From Deltaproteobacteria bacterium (lineage in GTDB: Bacteria; Myxococcota_A; Polyangia; Polyangiales; Ga0077539), in assembly GCA_016704445.1 (NCBI GenBank), contig JADJAE010000165.1, forward strand, positions 82,037-146,036: a DNA stretch of 64,000 bases, in the 5' to 3' direction. The notes under the pieces were generated by a model that saw only the letters and a program-made list of their open reading frames with translations, did not search any database and was not told the DNA's origin. The translations under genes were made by a program, and so were the position numbers. Every line of letters starts with the position of its first letter. Position 1 is the stretch's first letter. Below are positions 50,001 through 61,300 of the stretch, in pieces.

Positions 50001-50604
50001 CCCCCATGCACTCGTTGCAGCCGTCGTCGACCATGCCGTTGCAGTCGTCGTCGACCCCGTCGTTGCAGGTCTCCATGGCCGCCGGGATCACCGCGCCGGT
50101 GCACTCGCTCCACGTGCGGTCTCCCGAGCAGACCTGCACGCCCGCGCGGCAGCGCCCCACGCCGTCGGTGCCCGTCGGGCCGGCGTAGCAGCTCCTCGAG
50201 CTCTCGGTGATGCACAGCCCTCCGTCGCCCTCGTCGGCGTCCGCGGGGGGAGGCCCGGAGTCCGCCGGGGGCATCGCATCCGGCGCGTCCATCGCCGTCC
50301 CGGTGTCGGTGACCGTCCCGGTGTCGGTGCCCGTCCCGGTGTCGGTGACCGTCCCGGTGTCGGTGACCGTTCCGGTGTCGGTGCCCGTTCCGGTGTCGGT
50401 GCCCGCCCCGGTGTCGGTCCCGGTGTCGGCACTCACGCCGGCGTCAGCGCCAGTGTCCGTCGTCGCTCCGTTGTCGGCGCCCGCGCCGATGTCCGTGGCG
50501 GCGTCTGCGACGGACGCGTCTTGGTCCGTGACCGCGGGGTTGTCGTCCCCTCCACAGCCCGCAGCGGTGAGCAGCGCGGCCAGACCCAGGGAAAGGCGTT
50601 TCAT
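47056..50604 (-). CDS. Giant lipoprotein: N-terminal Thr/Gly/Asp-rich repeats, Cys-rich modules, then about 14 RCC1 repeats
   Basis: ATG at 50604 after a GAGGAGGAA RBS gives MKRLSLGLAALLTAAGCGG (lipobox). TDTGTGTDTGTVTDTG tandem repeats. Three CNDGVDDDCNG-type Cys modules. Repeated CWGxNxxGQLGDGTxxxRxxPxxV units of about 51 aa across 47.1-49.2 kb. Confidence 0.75.
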   Translation of the reverse strand: MKRLSLGLAALLTAAGCGGDDNPAVTDQDASVADAATDIGAGADNGATTDTGADAGVSADTGTDTGAGTDTGTGTDTGTVTDTGTVTDTGTGTDTGTVTDTGTAMDAPDAMPPADSGPPPADADEGDGGLCITESSRSCYAGPTGTDGVGRCRAGVQVCSGDRTWSECTGAVIPAAMETCNDGVDDDCNGMVDDGCNECMGAETRPCYTGPTGTLGQGRCVAGMQTCTSGRWPTTCPGQVLPAAETCGNAIDENCNGMVTDGCRECDPGSTRPCYSGSMATRGVGRCVAGTQVCSPTGTWGTTCLGEVLPAGAENCGNAIDDDCSGMADDGCGECSPGATQSCYSGAAGTAGRGVCRAGTQVCGIDRRFGACTGEVVPSAERCDGMDNDCDTMTDESPEATDACGIANASAVCRENACAIGLCTGSFADCDRTVSNGCEVDISSSTMHCGGCGLACAPGQTCATGRCVSNTGLPLGVGAAHACAVQADGSVVCWGLNSSSQLGDGTTTSRAAPTTVPGLRGVTQLAAGDINTCALLESGAVSCWGAGTYGQIGDGATATRATPIAVFGISDAVQIAVGGSHSCALRRSGTVSCWGRNNYGQLGDTTLVTRNLPTAVAGLTDVVELSAGRSHTCAVRRDGTVRCWGYNASGQIGDGTTASRSSPVVVPTTSDVVQVSAGASHTCALRRTGAVLCWGLNSNGALGDGSTTTRSAPSLVLGVLDAAEVSTGENFTCARRAGGSVVCWGLNSSGQLGDNTTTQRVVQGPVAGVADASRIALGQLFACVRRADRNVSCWGGNGSGQVGDGSVTNRPLPSGSVFGVPASAGCTATTCPTLRVSLGNVHACATTAARTAVCWGYNAQGQLGDNGVATRSSPVAVVGLTDVEQLGAGTNFNCALRGDRTVVCWGLGSSGQLGNGATASARLPVSVFGVADGVDLGVGGAHACAVRATGQVVCWGYNAQGQLGDGSVAARTVPVQILTVGDAVEVAAGANHTCARRRDGTVLCWGYNAQGQLGDGTRTNRTAPVAVSGLTEVVELTAGANHTCARRSNGSVVCWGHNVYGQLGDSTLTTRNTPTPVPVLMDAVQVEAGANSTCARRASGALLCWGYNGYGQVGDNTRTQRPFPTSVLLLTSAQHVEQGDDFGCAVRTDGTVTCWGRGDYGQLGDGTLTSRNSANRAIFGLP
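50283..50440 (-). repeat. Tandem 18-nt repeat (GGTGTCGGTGACCGTCCC variants, about 8 copies) encoding (TDTGTG/V)n
   Basis: Direct DNA periodicity is visible at 50283..50440 inside the RCC1 lipoprotein gene. Confidence 0.8.
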
Positions 50605-50953
50605 GATTCCTCCTCGAACGGTGGATGCCTGCGGAGGGCGGGACGCGGCGTATCCGCGCCTCACGACCTCCACGTCGGATGCTATGTCAGCGACCCCGCC
50701 GCGGGACAGCGCCAGTTGGCGCCCGTCCCCTCCCCTGTCACCCCGCGACGTCAGCCCCGGTCGCGGGGACGCCACCTCGATGGTCGGCGCGACCAGAGGG
50801 ATCGTGCCGCCGATCTCGACTTCAGCAAGGATCAATCCACCGGGCGATCCCTGGAGATTTCAGGAGCGTCTGGAGTCTTAGGGGTGGGCGCTGTGCCGGT
50901 CGCGTGCACCTGAGAGAGTGCAAGGTCCTGCACAGCCTCGAAGCGGCGGAATC

Positions 50954-53713
50954 TCAGCCCTGCGGGGAGGCCCAGACGTAGCCCGCGATGCCTTCGCTCA
51001 CGTAGCTCCCGGCGGCGACCAGGGCGTCCCGCTCTCCGGCGCTGAGGGTGTAGTAGTGGTCGCCGTTGGCCGCCCGGTAGAGCCGGTGTAGCGGCACCGC
51101 CCCGCACTGAGCGGTCGGCGAGAGGAAGCCCATCACTCCCTCGACCGTCCCTGGCGAGCGGCCCTCGCACACGGGGCTGTTGACCGTCGTGTAGAAGTGC
51201 TTGCCGTAGCTCATGATGCAGCGGTTGAGCCCCAGCAGACCACCTACGTTGGAGCCGTACAGGTAGTAGGCCGGGTCTCCCTCGAGCACCCACGGGGCGC
51301 CCACCTCGCCGCGAGCCGTCGTGTAGAAGTGCTCCCCCGTGGAGGGGTGGTAGTAGCGATAGACCGGCACGCGGCAGCCGCCCCGGTCGTCGCAGCGCCC
51401 GTTGCAGTTGTCGTCCGCGAGGTTGCACGCCTCCGCCGGCCGGTTGCCGCACGCGCCGCAGTTCGACGGATCGCTCGCCAGGTTCGACTCGCAGCCGTTG
51501 GCGGCGCTGCCGTCGCAGTTGCCGTATCCCCCGACGCACGCGGTCACCGTGCACGCTCCCCCGGCGCAGCCGACGCCCGAGGCGTTGGGCAGCGAGCACC
51601 TCCGCCCGCAGGCTCCGCACGAGGTCGGCGTGGTGTTGATGTCCACCTCGCAGCCGTCGGCGGCGGAGCCGTTGCAGTCGGCGAAGCCCGCGTCGCAGGA
51701 GGCCACGAGGCAGCGCCCGGACGCGCACGCCGCCGTCGCGTGGGCGAGCGCGCAGCGAGAGGGGCAGCTCCCGCAGTGGTTGACGTCGCTCGCCAGGTTG
51801 ACCTCGCAGCCGTTGCCCGCCGCCCCGTCGCAGTCCGCGAAGGCCCCGGTGCAGGCCGCCACGGTGCATGCCCCCGCGACGCAGGCCCCGGCGGCGTTGG
51901 ACGGGGCGCAGCGCATCCCGCAGCCGCCGCAGTGCCCGACGTCGGCGCGCACGTTGACCTCGCAGCCGTTGCCGGCGACGCCATCGCAGTCCGCGAAGCC
52001 CGCGTCGCAGCTCGCCACCGCGCAGCGCCCGGCGGTGCAGGCCGCCGTGGCGTTGGGCAGGTCGCACGAGGCGCCGCAGCTGCCGCAGTGGCGGACGTCG
52101 CCGGTGAGGTCGACCTCGCAGCCGTTGCCGGCGCTGCGGTCGCAGTCCCCCCGTCCCGCGGAGCACATCGAGAGGCCGCACGTCCCCGCGCTGCACGCGG
52201 GCGTACCCCCGGAGACCATGCAGGCCATGCGGCACATGCCGCAGTTGGAGACGTCGCCGCGGAGGTTCACCTCGCAGCCGTTGTCGGCGCTCCCGTCGCA
52301 GTCGGCAAAGCCCTCGTTGCACGCGGTGATGGAGCAGCGCCCGGTGGCGCAGGCGCCGGTGGCGTTCGAGGGCGCGCAGGTGCGGCCGCACGCGCCGCAG
52401 TTGGCGGCGTCCGTGCGCGCGTCGACCTCGCAGCCGTTGGCGTCCATGCCGTCGCAGTCCTGGAAGCCCATCACGCACGACGTGAAGCACTCGCCCGCCA
52501 GGCAGCCGGGGAAGGCGCTGGGCCTCGCGGCGCAGCGGTTTCCGCACCGGCCGCAGTTGGACACGCTGCCCGCCAGCTCGACCTCGCAGCCGTTGGTGGG
52601 GTTGGCGTCGCAGTCCCCGAAGCCCACCGCGCAGGCTCCGACGGCGCAGGCCCCGTCGACGCAGGCGGGCGTCCCGTTGGGGGGATTGCACGCGGTGGTG
52701 CACTGCCCGCAGTGGGTGGGGTCGCGGCGCAGGTCGACCTCGCAGCCGTTGTCCGGGTTGCCGTCGCAGTCGCCGAAGCCCGCCTCGCACGAGAAGGCGC
52801 AGCGCCCGGAGTCGCACCGGCTGACCGCGTGGGGCCTCGCGGCGCACGCCATCCCGCAGCCGCCGCAGTGGGCCACGTCCATCAGGGTGTTGGCCTCGCA
52901 ACCGTTGCCGGGCGCGCGGTCGCAGTCGCCGAAGGGGGCGATGCAGGTGCCCACCGCGCACATCCCGTTCTGGCAGGCGGCGGTCGCGTTGGGGACGCTG
53001 CACCGCACCCCGCAGGCGCCGCAGCTCGCGACGTTGGACACGGTGTCGATGCAGGCGCCGGTGCAGCACTGGAGCAGCCCCGGGCAGGGCCTCGCCGCGG
53101 TGCACCCGCTCACGCAGACGTTGCCCACGCAGAGCAATCCCGCGGGGCAGTGCTCGTCCTCCACGCACTCCACGCAGCTGCGGGTGGGGACGTTGCAGTG
53201 CCTCGCCGTGGGGAGGGCGCCGCCGTCCACGCCCGCGTCGCCGCTCGCCGCTCCGCCGCAGGCCTCGTCGTTGCGACAGCCTGCGACGCAGGTGGTCCCG
53301 CTGCAGTACTGGCCCGCGGGGCAGGTGTCCGCGGAGGGAACGCAGGGCACGCAGCGTCCGGAGTTGACCTCGCAGGCGCCGCCCGCGGGGTTGCCCGCGC
53401 AGTCGGCGGTGGACATGCACCGGGTGACCACATCGGCCGGAACATCGACGGGAACATCGACGGGAACATCGACGGGCGCATCGACCGCCACCTCGTCGAC
53501 GTCCATGGAGGGCGCGTCCATCGCGTCCATCGCCGAGGCGTCGAAGACGTCCTTGGTGGCGACGTCGAGGGCTCCGGCGTCGGCGGCGCCGGCGTCGACG
53601 CCCGAGTCGGGCCCGCCGACCACCGAGAGGCCTGTCGAGCAGCCCGCGGCCAGCGTCCCGAGCAGCGCGAGGAGGAGCGGCGTGGGGAGCGCCCTGCATG
53701 ATCGCTTCGTCAT
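50954..53713 (-). CDS. Lipoprotein with about 14 tandem 40-aa Cys-rich modules (myxobacterial-type Cys repeats) and a C-terminal triple YxxxxGxHFYTT-like repeat
   Basis: MTKRSCRALPTPLLLALLGTLAAGCS lipobox. The repeating module is CGxCGxxC...A(A/T)C..G.C....C..GFADCDG..xNGCEVNLxxDxxHCG. C-terminal YYHPSTGEHFYTT / YGKHFYTT / NGDHYYTLS. Confidence 0.75.
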   Translation of the reverse strand: MTKRSCRALPTPLLLALLGTLAAGCSTGLSVVGGPDSGVDAGAADAGALDVATKDVFDASAMDAMDAPSMDVDEVAVDAPVDVPVDVPVDVPADVVTRCMSTADCAGNPAGGACEVNSGRCVPCVPSADTCPAGQYCSGTTCVAGCRNDEACGGAASGDAGVDGGALPTARHCNVPTRSCVECVEDEHCPAGLLCVGNVCVSGCTAARPCPGLLQCCTGACIDTVSNVASCGACGVRCSVPNATAACQNGMCAVGTCIAPFGDCDRAPGNGCEANTLMDVAHCGGCGMACAARPHAVSRCDSGRCAFSCEAGFGDCDGNPDNGCEVDLRRDPTHCGQCTTACNPPNGTPACVDGACAVGACAVGFGDCDANPTNGCEVELAGSVSNCGRCGNRCAARPSAFPGCLAGECFTSCVMGFQDCDGMDANGCEVDARTDAANCGACGRTCAPSNATGACATGRCSITACNEGFADCDGSADNGCEVNLRGDVSNCGMCRMACMVSGGTPACSAGTCGLSMCSAGRGDCDRSAGNGCEVDLTGDVRHCGSCGASCDLPNATAACTAGRCAVASCDAGFADCDGVAGNGCEVNVRADVGHCGGCGMRCAPSNAAGACVAGACTVAACTGAFADCDGAAGNGCEVNLASDVNHCGSCPSRCALAHATAACASGRCLVASCDAGFADCNGSAADGCEVDINTTPTSCGACGRRCSLPNASGVGCAGGACTVTACVGGYGNCDGSAANGCESNLASDPSNCGACGNRPAEACNLADDNCNGRCDDRGGCRVPVYRYYHPSTGEHFYTTARGEVGAPWVLEGDPAYYLYGSNVGGLLGLNRCIMSYGKHFYTTVNSPVCEGRSPGTVEGVMGFLSPTAQCGAVPLHRLYRAANGDHYYTLSAGERDALVAAGSYVSEGIAGYVWASPQG

Positions 53714-53762
53714 GCGACCGACGGTACCTCAGTGCGCCCCCCCGCGAGGGAGGGCACTGCGC

Positions 53763-55931
53763 TCAGATGCCTCCGCCGACCGTGATGCCGTCCGGCGGGG
53801 TCGCCAGGCTGTTGTAGGGGACCTGCCCAGAGCGCACCGGGAGCCGCGCGCTGAACACCGCCCCGCCGTGGGCGCCAGGGCGCAGCGAGACGGTTCCGCC
53901 GTGCTCCTCGATGATGCGCCGCACCACCGCGAGGCCCAGGCCCGTGCCCGTCGCCTTCGAGGTGAAGAAGGGCTCGAACACCCGCGACAGGTCTACGTTG
54001 CCGAGGCCCGCGCCGGTGTCCTCGACCTCCAGGTCGACCGCCGGCTGCCCGTGGCCCAGCTCCGACGCCCTCGCCCTCAGCGTGACGCTCCCCCCATGCG
54101 GCAGCGCCTGCATCGCGTTGACCATCACGTTTATCAGGGCCTGCCGCAGCAGCCGGCTGTCGGCCTCGATCATCGGCAGCCCGGGCTCGATCTCCCGCCG
54201 CACCTCGATGGGCGCCGCGCTGCTCGCCGTGGCCGCCGCCGTCCAGGCCTCGTCGAGCAGCCGGTCGACGGGCATCGGCCTCGGCGCCAGGTTCACCGGG
54301 CGGGCGAAGTCGAGCAGATCGCTGACGATGCGGTTGAGCCGGTCGCTCTCCTCGCGGACGATGTCGAGCAGCAGCTTCGCGTCGCCGGAGGGCTTCAGCA
54401 GCCGATCGAGCGAGCCCAGGGAGTTGAAGATCACCCCGAGCGGGTTGCGCACCTCGTGGGCCATCACCGCAGAGAGCTCGCCCAGAGCCGCGAGGCGCTC
54501 CCGCTGCACCAGCCGCGACTGCGCGGCGGTGAGCGCGTCGAGCCGGCGGCGCGCCTCCTCGTGGAGCTCGGCGTTCTCCAGGCCCACCCGCACCACGCTC
54601 GCGACCGCGCGGGCGAGCGCCACCTCGTCGTCGCGCAGCCGCCGCCCGGGGTTGTCGCCCACCACCATCGCGCCGCGCACGCCCCCCTGCCCCTCGAAGG
54701 GGATGAACCACAGCGACCGGGCATCGCCCTCCTCGCGCCAGAACGCCGCCGCCTTCGGGGAGCTGCGCGTATCCCCGAGGGCGGTCACCTCCCCCTGCTC
54801 CAGCAGGTCGACCACCCAGGGCGCGGTCGCGAGCCGCACCCTCGCGATGGGGGACGCCTCCGCCGAGGGCCACGCCGCCGCGCGCCGAAGCGACTCGCCG
54901 CGGCGCAGCACCCACGCGGACACCTCCCTGGCGCCCATCATCGCCGCGACCACCTCGCAGGCCGCCCGGAGCAGCGGCACCGAGCCACCGCGCGCCTCGG
55001 CCAGCATCGCCCTCGCGAGGGTGCTCACGGCCTCCAGCTCGCGCTCCCTCCGACGCGCCCGGGCGAGGTCGCGCACGTTGTCGAGCGCCGCGGACACCTG
55101 CGCCGAGAGCAGGCGCGCCACCGGGACGTCGTCCTCGCGGAGCCACCGCCCGGCGAGCAGCAGCAGCGCCGGGCCGCCGGCCCAGCCGTCGACGCGGGTC
55201 ACCACCGCGCGCAGCGCCTCGATCACCGAGGCGTCCTCGGCGGCGAGCGCTCCGGCGGGGACGTCGGCCAGCGCGGCGAGCTCGGCGTAGCCGTCGTCGC
55301 TGAAGGCCTCGCCCCAGCCCCATGCCTCGTGGAAGAGCGGCGTCCAGGCGGTGCGCTGTACCGACAGCGACTGGCCGAGCGCCCGCTCGACCGCGGCGCG
55401 GTCGGGCTCGTAGCCCTCGACGAAGCGCACCGCCAGCCCGTCGCCGTCGGGCTGGAGCAGCACTCCGATGAGCTCCGCGCCGCCGAGGCCCACGCGGAGC
55501 CCGACCTCGACCTCGGCCTCGGTGCGCAGCAGGTGCACCGAGACGCCGAGGTGCGAGAGGCTGAAGCGCCGGATGCGCAGCGCGGCCCGGTCGGTGACGT
55601 CGCGCACGAAGACCAGCACGTCGCCGTCGATGCTGCTCAGCTGGAGCTCGACGTTGCGGCGCGTGCCATCGGGCCGGCGCACCACCACCTCGTACTCGGG
55701 CGGGGCGACCTCGCCGCGCATCCGTCGGGCGACGCGCTGGGTCACCCGGGCGTTGTCCTCCGGGGCGACCAGCGACGCGGCCTTGCGGCCGATCAGCTCC
55801 TCCTTCGGGATGCCGGTGATCTCCGCGATCGCGTCGTTGGCGTAATGGACGATCCCCTTGTTGTGAACGAGGATCCCGAGCGGCGAGGCATCGAGAAGGC
55901 GGCGGTGCAACGAACGAACCCTCCTGTTCAC
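53763..55931 (-). CDS. Sensor histidine kinase: PAS - GAF - HisKA - HATPase_c
   Basis: N-terminal PAS (GILVHNKGIVHYANDAIAEITGIPKEELIGRKA), GAF region, H-box SAVMAHEVRNPLGVI, N-box LINVMVNAMQA, G-boxes DTGAGL and GTGLGLAVV. Intact. Confidence 0.8.
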   Translation of the reverse strand: MNRRVRSLHRRLLDASPLGILVHNKGIVHYANDAIAEITGIPKEELIGRKAASLVAPEDNARVTQRVARRMRGEVAPPEYEVVVRRPDGTRRNVELQLSSIDGDVLVFVRDVTDRAALRIRRFSLSHLGVSVHLLRTEAEVEVGLRVGLGGAELIGVLLQPDGDGLAVRFVEGYEPDRAAVERALGQSLSVQRTAWTPLFHEAWGWGEAFSDDGYAELAALADVPAGALAAEDASVIEALRAVVTRVDGWAGGPALLLLAGRWLREDDVPVARLLSAQVSAALDNVRDLARARRRERELEAVSTLARAMLAEARGGSVPLLRAACEVVAAMMGAREVSAWVLRRGESLRRAAAWPSAEASPIARVRLATAPWVVDLLEQGEVTALGDTRSSPKAAAFWREEGDARSLWFIPFEGQGGVRGAMVVGDNPGRRLRDDEVALARAVASVVRVGLENAELHEEARRRLDALTAAQSRLVQRERLAALGELSAVMAHEVRNPLGVIFNSLGSLDRLLKPSGDAKLLLDIVREESDRLNRIVSDLLDFARPVNLAPRPMPVDRLLDEAWTAAATASSAAPIEVRREIEPGLPMIEADSRLLRQALINVMVNAMQALPHGGSVTLRARASELGHGQPAVDLEVEDTGAGLGNVDLSRVFEPFFTSKATGTGLGLAVVRRIIEEHGGTVSLRPGAHGGAVFSARLPVRSGQVPYNSLATPPDGITVGGGI

Positions 55932-56083
55932 CCTGAAGAGGCAGCCAGCGCGGCCGTGTAACGGAAGCCGCGGTGCGTCGGCGGCGTGACGCCGGGCGTC
56001 GACCTACTCACAGGCAGTGGGGACTCTGCGCCGACTAGGGGGTTTTGTTCAAGCGGGACCCTGTGCTAGACGCCGCGCGGACG

Positions 56084-56748
56084 ATGGCCGCGAGCTACTT
56101 CGACGTCGACGGAACACTGGTCCGCACGAACCTCGTTCACCCGACCCTGTTCTACCTACTCAACCAGGCTACGCCTGCGCGCACGCTCGCCCGCCTCGGC
56201 GGTGCACTGCTGCGCGCGCCGAGGCTCGCCCTCGCCGAGCTGCGCGATCGCCGCGCCTTCAACGAGGAGCTGTACATGCTCTTCCGTGGAATGAGCGAAG
56301 ACCGCCTGCACGCCCTCGCCGACGAAGCCGTCGACAAGGTGCTGCGCCCGGCGATCTACCCCGGCGCGCGCGACCTCATCCGCCGCTGCAAGGACCTCGG
56401 GCACGAGGTGGTGATCTGCTCCGGCGCGCTCGACTTCCTGATGGTCCCGCTCGCCCGCGAGCTCGGGGCCGACCAGGTCATCGCCAACCGGCTGGAGTTC
56501 CACGACCGCGTCGCGAGCGGCCGGATGATCCCGCCGGTGGTGGCCGGGCCGACCAAGGCGCTGCTCATCCGAGAGCACGCCCGCCGCGGCGGCCACGACC
56601 TCGACGCCAGCTTCGCTTACAGTGACTCGTATTCCGACGTGCCGATGCTCTCGGTCGTCGGCCACCCCTCCGCCGTCAACCCGGACGCGGCCCTCGAGCG
56701 ACTCGCGCACGCGCACCGCTGGCCCGTCGTGCACCTGGATCGGACCCC

Positions 56749-56752
<4 letters not shown>
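56084..56752 (+). CDS. HAD-superfamily hydrolase, subfamily IB (phosphoserine-phosphatase-like)
   Basis: ATG at 56084 (MAASYFDVDGTLV is motif I). Motif II/III region VICSGALDF and ...YSDSYSDVPML. An upstream TTG at 56045 would add 13 aa. Confidence 0.65.
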
Positions 56753-58352
<1,600 letters not shown>

Positions 58353-58353
<1 letters not shown>

Positions 58354-61300
58354 TGATGAACGGGCACAGCCCGCTCGACGTCTCGAAGATCCTCGAAGGC
58401 TCACGGATCATCGTCGTCGGAGGAACGGGCTTCCTCGGCAAGGTCTGGCTCTCGCTCCTGCTCTGCCACTACCCCGACGTGGGGAAGGTCTTCCTGGTGG
58501 TGCGCTCCAAGGGGTCGCAGGACTCCGAGGCCCGCTTCTGGACCGACATCGCCCCGAGCGAGCCCTTCGCGCCGCTGCGAGCGAGGCACCCGGGGGCGCA
58601 GTACGAGGAGTTCCTCCGTCGGAAGATCCACGTGGTGGACGCGGACGTCTCCAAGCCGCTCTGCGGCTTCAGCAACGAGCTGCGCAAGGAGATCGAAGGC
58701 ACCATCGACGCGATGGTCAACGTCGCCGGCGTGGTGGACTTCAACCCGCCCCTCGACGAGGCCCTGCTCACCAACGCCGCGGGGATGCAGAACCTCGTGG
58801 TGCTCGCCAAGTCCCTGGGCAACGTGCCGGTGCTTCACACCAGCACCTGCTACGTGGCGGGCTACCGAAGCGGGCGCGTCGAGGAGGTCGACCCGCGCAC
58901 CGACCCCTTCCCCTACTTCAAGGACATGCCCGACGCCCCGTGGGATCCGCACCGCGAGATCTCCGAGGGACTGGCGCTGGCCGCGAGCGTGACGAAGCAC
59001 GCCGACGACGCCAACCGCGTGGCGCAGTACGAGCGCGACGCGAAGGCCAACCTGGAGGCGAAGAAGGAGCCCACCACCGGGGCGATCTTCGCCGCGGAGG
59101 TGAAGAAGGTACGGGAGAAGTGGCTGTCGGCCGAGGGCGAGCGCGTGGGCATGGAGCGCGCGAAGTTCTGGGGCTGGACCAACACGTACACGTACACCAA
59201 GAGCCTCGGCGAGCAGGTGCTCGCGGGCTCGGGGCTGCCCTTCACCATCGTGCGCCCCGCGGTGATCGAGTCGTCCGTCGCCTTCCCCTCGCCGGGGTGG
59301 AACGAGGGCATCAACACCATGGCCCCGATCATGTTCATGTTCATGAGCGGGCACATGCAGATCCCGGCGCACCAGACCGCCGGGCTCGACATCATCCCCG
59401 TGGACATGGTCTCCGGCGGCATGATCCTGGCGCTGGCGGCCCTGCTCGAGGGCACGCACCATCCCGCCTACCACCTCGGCACCAGCCACACGAACCCCGT
59501 CTCGATGCACCGCATCATCGAAATGTCGGGGCTCTACAAGCGCAAACACTACCAGCGCACCAGCAAGGGCAACCCCTGGACGAACTTCGTCCAGGCCCAC
59601 TGGGAGCCCACGCCGGTCACCAAGGAGGGCTTCTTCAACCGCGGCGCGCCCGCCTTCGCCCGCGCGGCGAAGACCCTCTCGCAGCTCGCCCGCAAGGCCT
59701 CCGTGGGCCCCGCGGCGGTGCTCTTCGCGCCGACCTCCCGCGCGCTCAACTCCTACAGCGAGCTGGCGAAGCGCAACGGCGAGATCTTCGCGCTCTTCGT
59801 CCCCTTCATGGCCGAGACCGACTACCAGTTCGTGACCGACAACATGTCGGCCCTGGTGGCGCGGCTCAACGACACCGACCGCGCGGCGCTCAACTGGGCG
59901 CCTGAGGCCCTCGACTGGCGGCACTACCTGATGGAGGTCCACTACCCGGGCCTCGACCGCTGGGTGATGCCGCTCATCGAGGAGCGCCTCAACCGCCCGG
60001 CGAAGCCGCTGCGGGCCTACGTCTCGCTGCTCGACGTGCTCGACGAGGCGGCCGAGCGCCACGAGCACCGCCCCGCGCTGCTGCGCATGGAGGGCGAAGG
60101 GCTCGCCCGGGTGTCCTTCCTGGAGTGGAAGGCGCGCTCCGAGGCCACCGCCGCGCGGCTCGTCGCCGAGGGCGTGAAGCCCGGCGACCGCGTGGTGCTC
60201 TGCGCGGGCAACCACCCGGCGTGGCCCATCGCGTACTTCGGCATCCTGCGCGCGGGCGCCGTGGCCGTGCCCACCGACGCCGCGATGGAGGCTGGACCGC
60301 TCTCCAACGTGCTGCGCGCGTCGCGAGCCGTGGTGATCATCTGCGACGACAAGGTGCGTGAGCGCCTCGGCGCCCTCCCCGACCTCACCACGACCCCGGT
60401 GGACCTCCACGACATCACCGCCGAGGACGCCTCGCTCACGGCGCCGGTGATCGCCGCCCCGACGGCCGACACGCTCGCGAGCGTGATCTACACCTCGGGC
60501 ACCACCGGCACCCCCAAGGGCGTGATGCTCTCGCACGGCAACTTCTGCCGGCTCATCGCCTCGCTGGCTCCGGTGTTTCCGCTCGGCGAGGGCGACCGGG
60601 TGCTCTCGGTGCTGCCGCTGCATCACACCTTCGAGTTCACCTGCGGGCTGCTGCTGCCGCTCTCTCGCGGCTCGTCGATGGTCTACCTCGACGAGCTCAC
60701 CGGCGAGCGCGTGGTCGAGGCGCTGCGCGACGCGAAGGTGTCCGCCATGGTGGGCGTCCCGGCGCTCTGGCAGCTCCTCGAGCGCCGCATCATCCAGCAG
60801 GTGAAGGACCTCGGCCCCGGCGCCGGCACGGCCTTCGACGCCGCGCTCGCGCTCAACCGCACGCTCGGCGAGAAGGTCGGCATCAACGTCGGCCAGGTGC
60901 TCTTCGGCCCGGTGCACGCCCGCCTCGGCGGCCGGCTTCGCTTCCTCATCTCGGGCGGCGCGGCGCTCCCGAAGGAGACGGCGGAGATGTTCCGAGGCCT
61001 CGGGCTGCCGCTCGCGGAGGGCTACGGGCTCACCGAGGCGGCGCCGGTGCTCACCGTCGCCAAGGCCAGCTCCTCGGCGAAGCCCGGCAGCGTGGGCGCA
61101 CCCATCCCCGGCGTCGAGGTGAAGATCCTCAACCCCGATCCGTCGGGCGTGGGCGAGGTGGTCGCGCGAGGCCCCAACGTGATGATGGGCTACGCCGACG
61201 ACCCGGAGGCCACCGCCGCGGTGCTCTCCCCGGACGGCTGGCTTCGCACGGGCGACCTCGGGGCCATCGACAAGAAGGGCAAGCTCACCCTCGTCGGCCG

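Noticed and set aside
46854-50913. 1349-aa + strand ORF 46864..50913, and + ORFs 51197..53701 and 51402..55961
   Set aside because: Antisense to the RCC1 and Cys-repeat lipoprotein genes. Open only because of the repeats and GC bias; Gly/Ala/Arg/Val low complexity.
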